Below are positions 62,224 through 64,000 of a stretch of 64,000 nt of DNA, one piece after another. How positions within the stretch are numbered: position 1 is the first letter of the stretch; each line of letters opens with the position of its first letter. The translations under genes and the position numbers were made by a program. Under the pieces are notes generated by a model that saw only the letters and a list, made by a program, of their open reading frames with translations, was not told the DNA's origin and did not search any database. The DNA lies in NCBI GenBank assembly GCA_964658305.1, contig OZ210885.1, positions 7,626,001 to 7,690,000 of the forward strand, in the 5' to 3' direction. Source of the DNA: Leptogorgia sarmentosa. Lineage: Eukaryota.

Positions 62224-63034
62224 CAGGGTGTATAAAAAAAAACGCAATCCAAGTTTAAGGCTTTATAACCAAAATAATATAGATTTCCATGTCTTAACTT
62301 TTAGTTCTTGTTTTAGCCCTATATTTTTTCTACTCAATAAGTGGTCGATTGTGACTTTTTAGGCCATTTAGGACTTCAAAATAAGTGATTTACTGCAAGC
62401 AGTCATTTTTAGATGCTTCGAATTCGACGTTCTTAATTCCGAAGGGGACGTTATCGTTGCATGCGAATATTTTGTTTGAAATATTTTCGCGAAATAATTT
62501 TAAAGTCTTAGGCATCATGTCACAGCTCACTACAGCAGAAATAACTTTTATTGTTGAAGGTTACTTTGTAACAAAAACTATTCAGGAAGTTTTAAGATTG
62601 TTTCGAATAGCTTTCCCGGATCGACAAGTCCCAAATTCGACGACCGTTTGGCGTAACGTACTTAAATACCGGCAGATACAGCTTGAAGCAGATGCTTTAC
62701 ATGGAAATCATGAACTAATAAGAAGAGTTGCACGGGAAATGCAACGTCGAAGTGATTTGTGTGTGCTGAGAAAGCCAGGCCACGTTGAATGATTGTAACC
62801 AACTAAAGTTAAATTTTTAATAAATTCAAGCTATCTCAAATTTTAAATTGTCCAATCACACTTACTAAAAATATCATTACTCGCTCATTTCCAACTCAAA
62901 TTTAACAAACAAGCAGTCTTAAGAAAGCGGAATGATAGAGCTTTCTAACGGTGGTAAATATAGCCTATTTTCTAATACTTTTCGTTATGAAAATTGCATT
63001 TGAACGTAGGATTGCGTTTTTTTTATACACCCTG
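62224..63034 (+). mobile_element. Internally deleted Tc1/mariner element (811 bp)
   Basis: TIR CAGGGTGTATAAAAAAAAACGCAATCC at both ends; TA TSD; an empty-site paralog lies near 61375-61410. Confidence 0.92.
62517..62792 (+). pseudogene. Deleted mariner-like transposase (N-terminal HTH fused to C-terminal tail)
   Basis: MSQLTTAEITFIVEGYF...FPDRQVPN..TVWRNV.KY (DUF4817-like) joined to MQRRSDLCV....GHVE; catalytic domain missing. Confidence 0.8.
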
Positions 63035-63292
63035 TATACAATTCGAGAAATTAGCAAAACAATTTCTATTATACTAGCTCTATCCCTCTTACCCATTCTT
63101 TTGGTTTTTTCTGTATTTAAGTCCTTGTTCACATGTCTTGCTTTTCCACAAAAAAATCATTTGCTGATCATGTTTAAAGTGTAAAAATTTCCCAGAACTT
63201 ACTCTGATTTATTAGTTGAAGATGTTTGGTGAAAATGTTCGGCATCTTGTGGAATATGAACATTAGCTATCACGAACGAAATGGGCAACTTT

Positions 63293-63363
63293 TCGTTGGT
63301 GGTTCAGTGGTAGAATTCTCGCCTGCCACGCGGGAGACCGGGGTTCGATTCCCCGCTAACGCA
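63293..63363 (+). tRNA. tRNA-Gly(GCC), G1>T variant
   Basis: Near-identical to 61662-61732; first acceptor pair disrupted. Confidence 0.8.
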
Positions 63364-63501
63364 GATTATTTTCATTTTATTCCATTTTATACCGTCACGT
63401 CTTCGGATCAGGTCAGTTGTCAAGAGAAAATCAGAACGGGATGTGGCATGTTGAAGGTAGCAAAGAATAAATGTGGTAGGAAATTCCATGTTTTCATGTG
63501 T

Positions 63502-63625
63502 GTCAGGATGGCCGAGTGGTCTAAGGCGCCAGACTCAAGCGCAAAAACTTGTCACGATCAACCTTGACATAATAGGGCGTTCTGGTCCACACATGTGGTC
63601 GTGGGTTCGAATCCCACTCCTGACA
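63502..63625 (+). tRNA. Intron-containing tRNA-Leu(CAA), intron 63540-63579
   Basis: GTCAGGATGGCCGAGTGGTCTAAGGCGCCAGACTCAAG / 40-nt insert at the canonical 37/38 position / TTCTGG...GGGTTCGAATCCCACTCCTGACA. Confidence 0.92.
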
Positions 63626-63767
63626 ACAAATTTACAAAAAAATTGAGAGCATTTCTTTTCAGAGCTGATCTATTTACACAAATTCGATATCACCAAGAAA
63701 TGTTTCTGGTTTTTTACTGAAAAATTCCAGTGAAAAAAATTTCTCCATTTAAAAAAGCTCATATGAA

Positions 63768-63840
63768 TGTTTCCGCCCAGGTTCGAACTGAGGACCTTGC
63801 GCGTGTTAAGCGCATGTGATAACCACTACACTACGGAAAC
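63768..63840 (-). tRNA. tRNA-Val(AAC)
   Basis: 73 nt; GTTTCCG/CGGAAAC acceptor; TGCGC-TT-AAC-AC-GCGCA. Confidence 0.93.
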
Positions 63841-63951
63841 TGGATATGCGCGAACATAGAAAAAGATGTATTCACTTTAATTAATTTTTTTCGTTGGTTT
63901 TTGAAAATTTGCAAAGAAAAAATTATCTGCAGATAAAAAAGCTCATATTTA

Positions 63952-64000
63952 TGTTTCCGCCCAGGTTCGAACTGAGGACCTTGCGTGTGTTAAGCGCATG
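63952..64000 (-). tRNA. tRNA-Val(AAC), second tandem copy cut by the window edge
   Basis: Matches the 63768 copy at a 184-bp offset, one substitution. Confidence 0.8.

Noticed and set aside
34349..64000. Functional link between the HEPN RNase gene and nearby tRNA relics (decoy or substrate)
   Set aside because: Only proximity (9 kb or more) supports it; no sequence evidence, and eukaryotic neighbours are rarely functionally linked this way.

Overview
AT-rich eukaryotic (animal) genomic DNA. The repeat and gene content suggests a cnidarian, but that is inference only. Both ends carry clusters of tRNA genes and decayed tRNA copies that share spacer sequence. In between lie: a complete two-gene PIF/Harbinger transposon (3586-6585); an intact single-ORF APE-RT LINE with a 2A-like ribosome-skipping motif (~7010-10640); a ~3.1-kb tandem triplication in which one copy has an internally inverted 230-bp cassette; a ~4.85-kb near-perfect palindrome; a 3-exon STELLO/DUF288-like type II membrane glycosyltransferase gene; a single-exon DZIP3-type HEPN + NACHT + beta-propeller NLR-like gene; many MITEs and transposon relics; and a ~3.9-kb perfect 16-bp satellite that creates the spurious 1324-aa ORF. 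The strongest candidates for an interesting system are the HEPN-NACHT immune-like protein with an intact RNase motif and the 2A-containing LINE. All family assignments come from motif recognition, not database searches.
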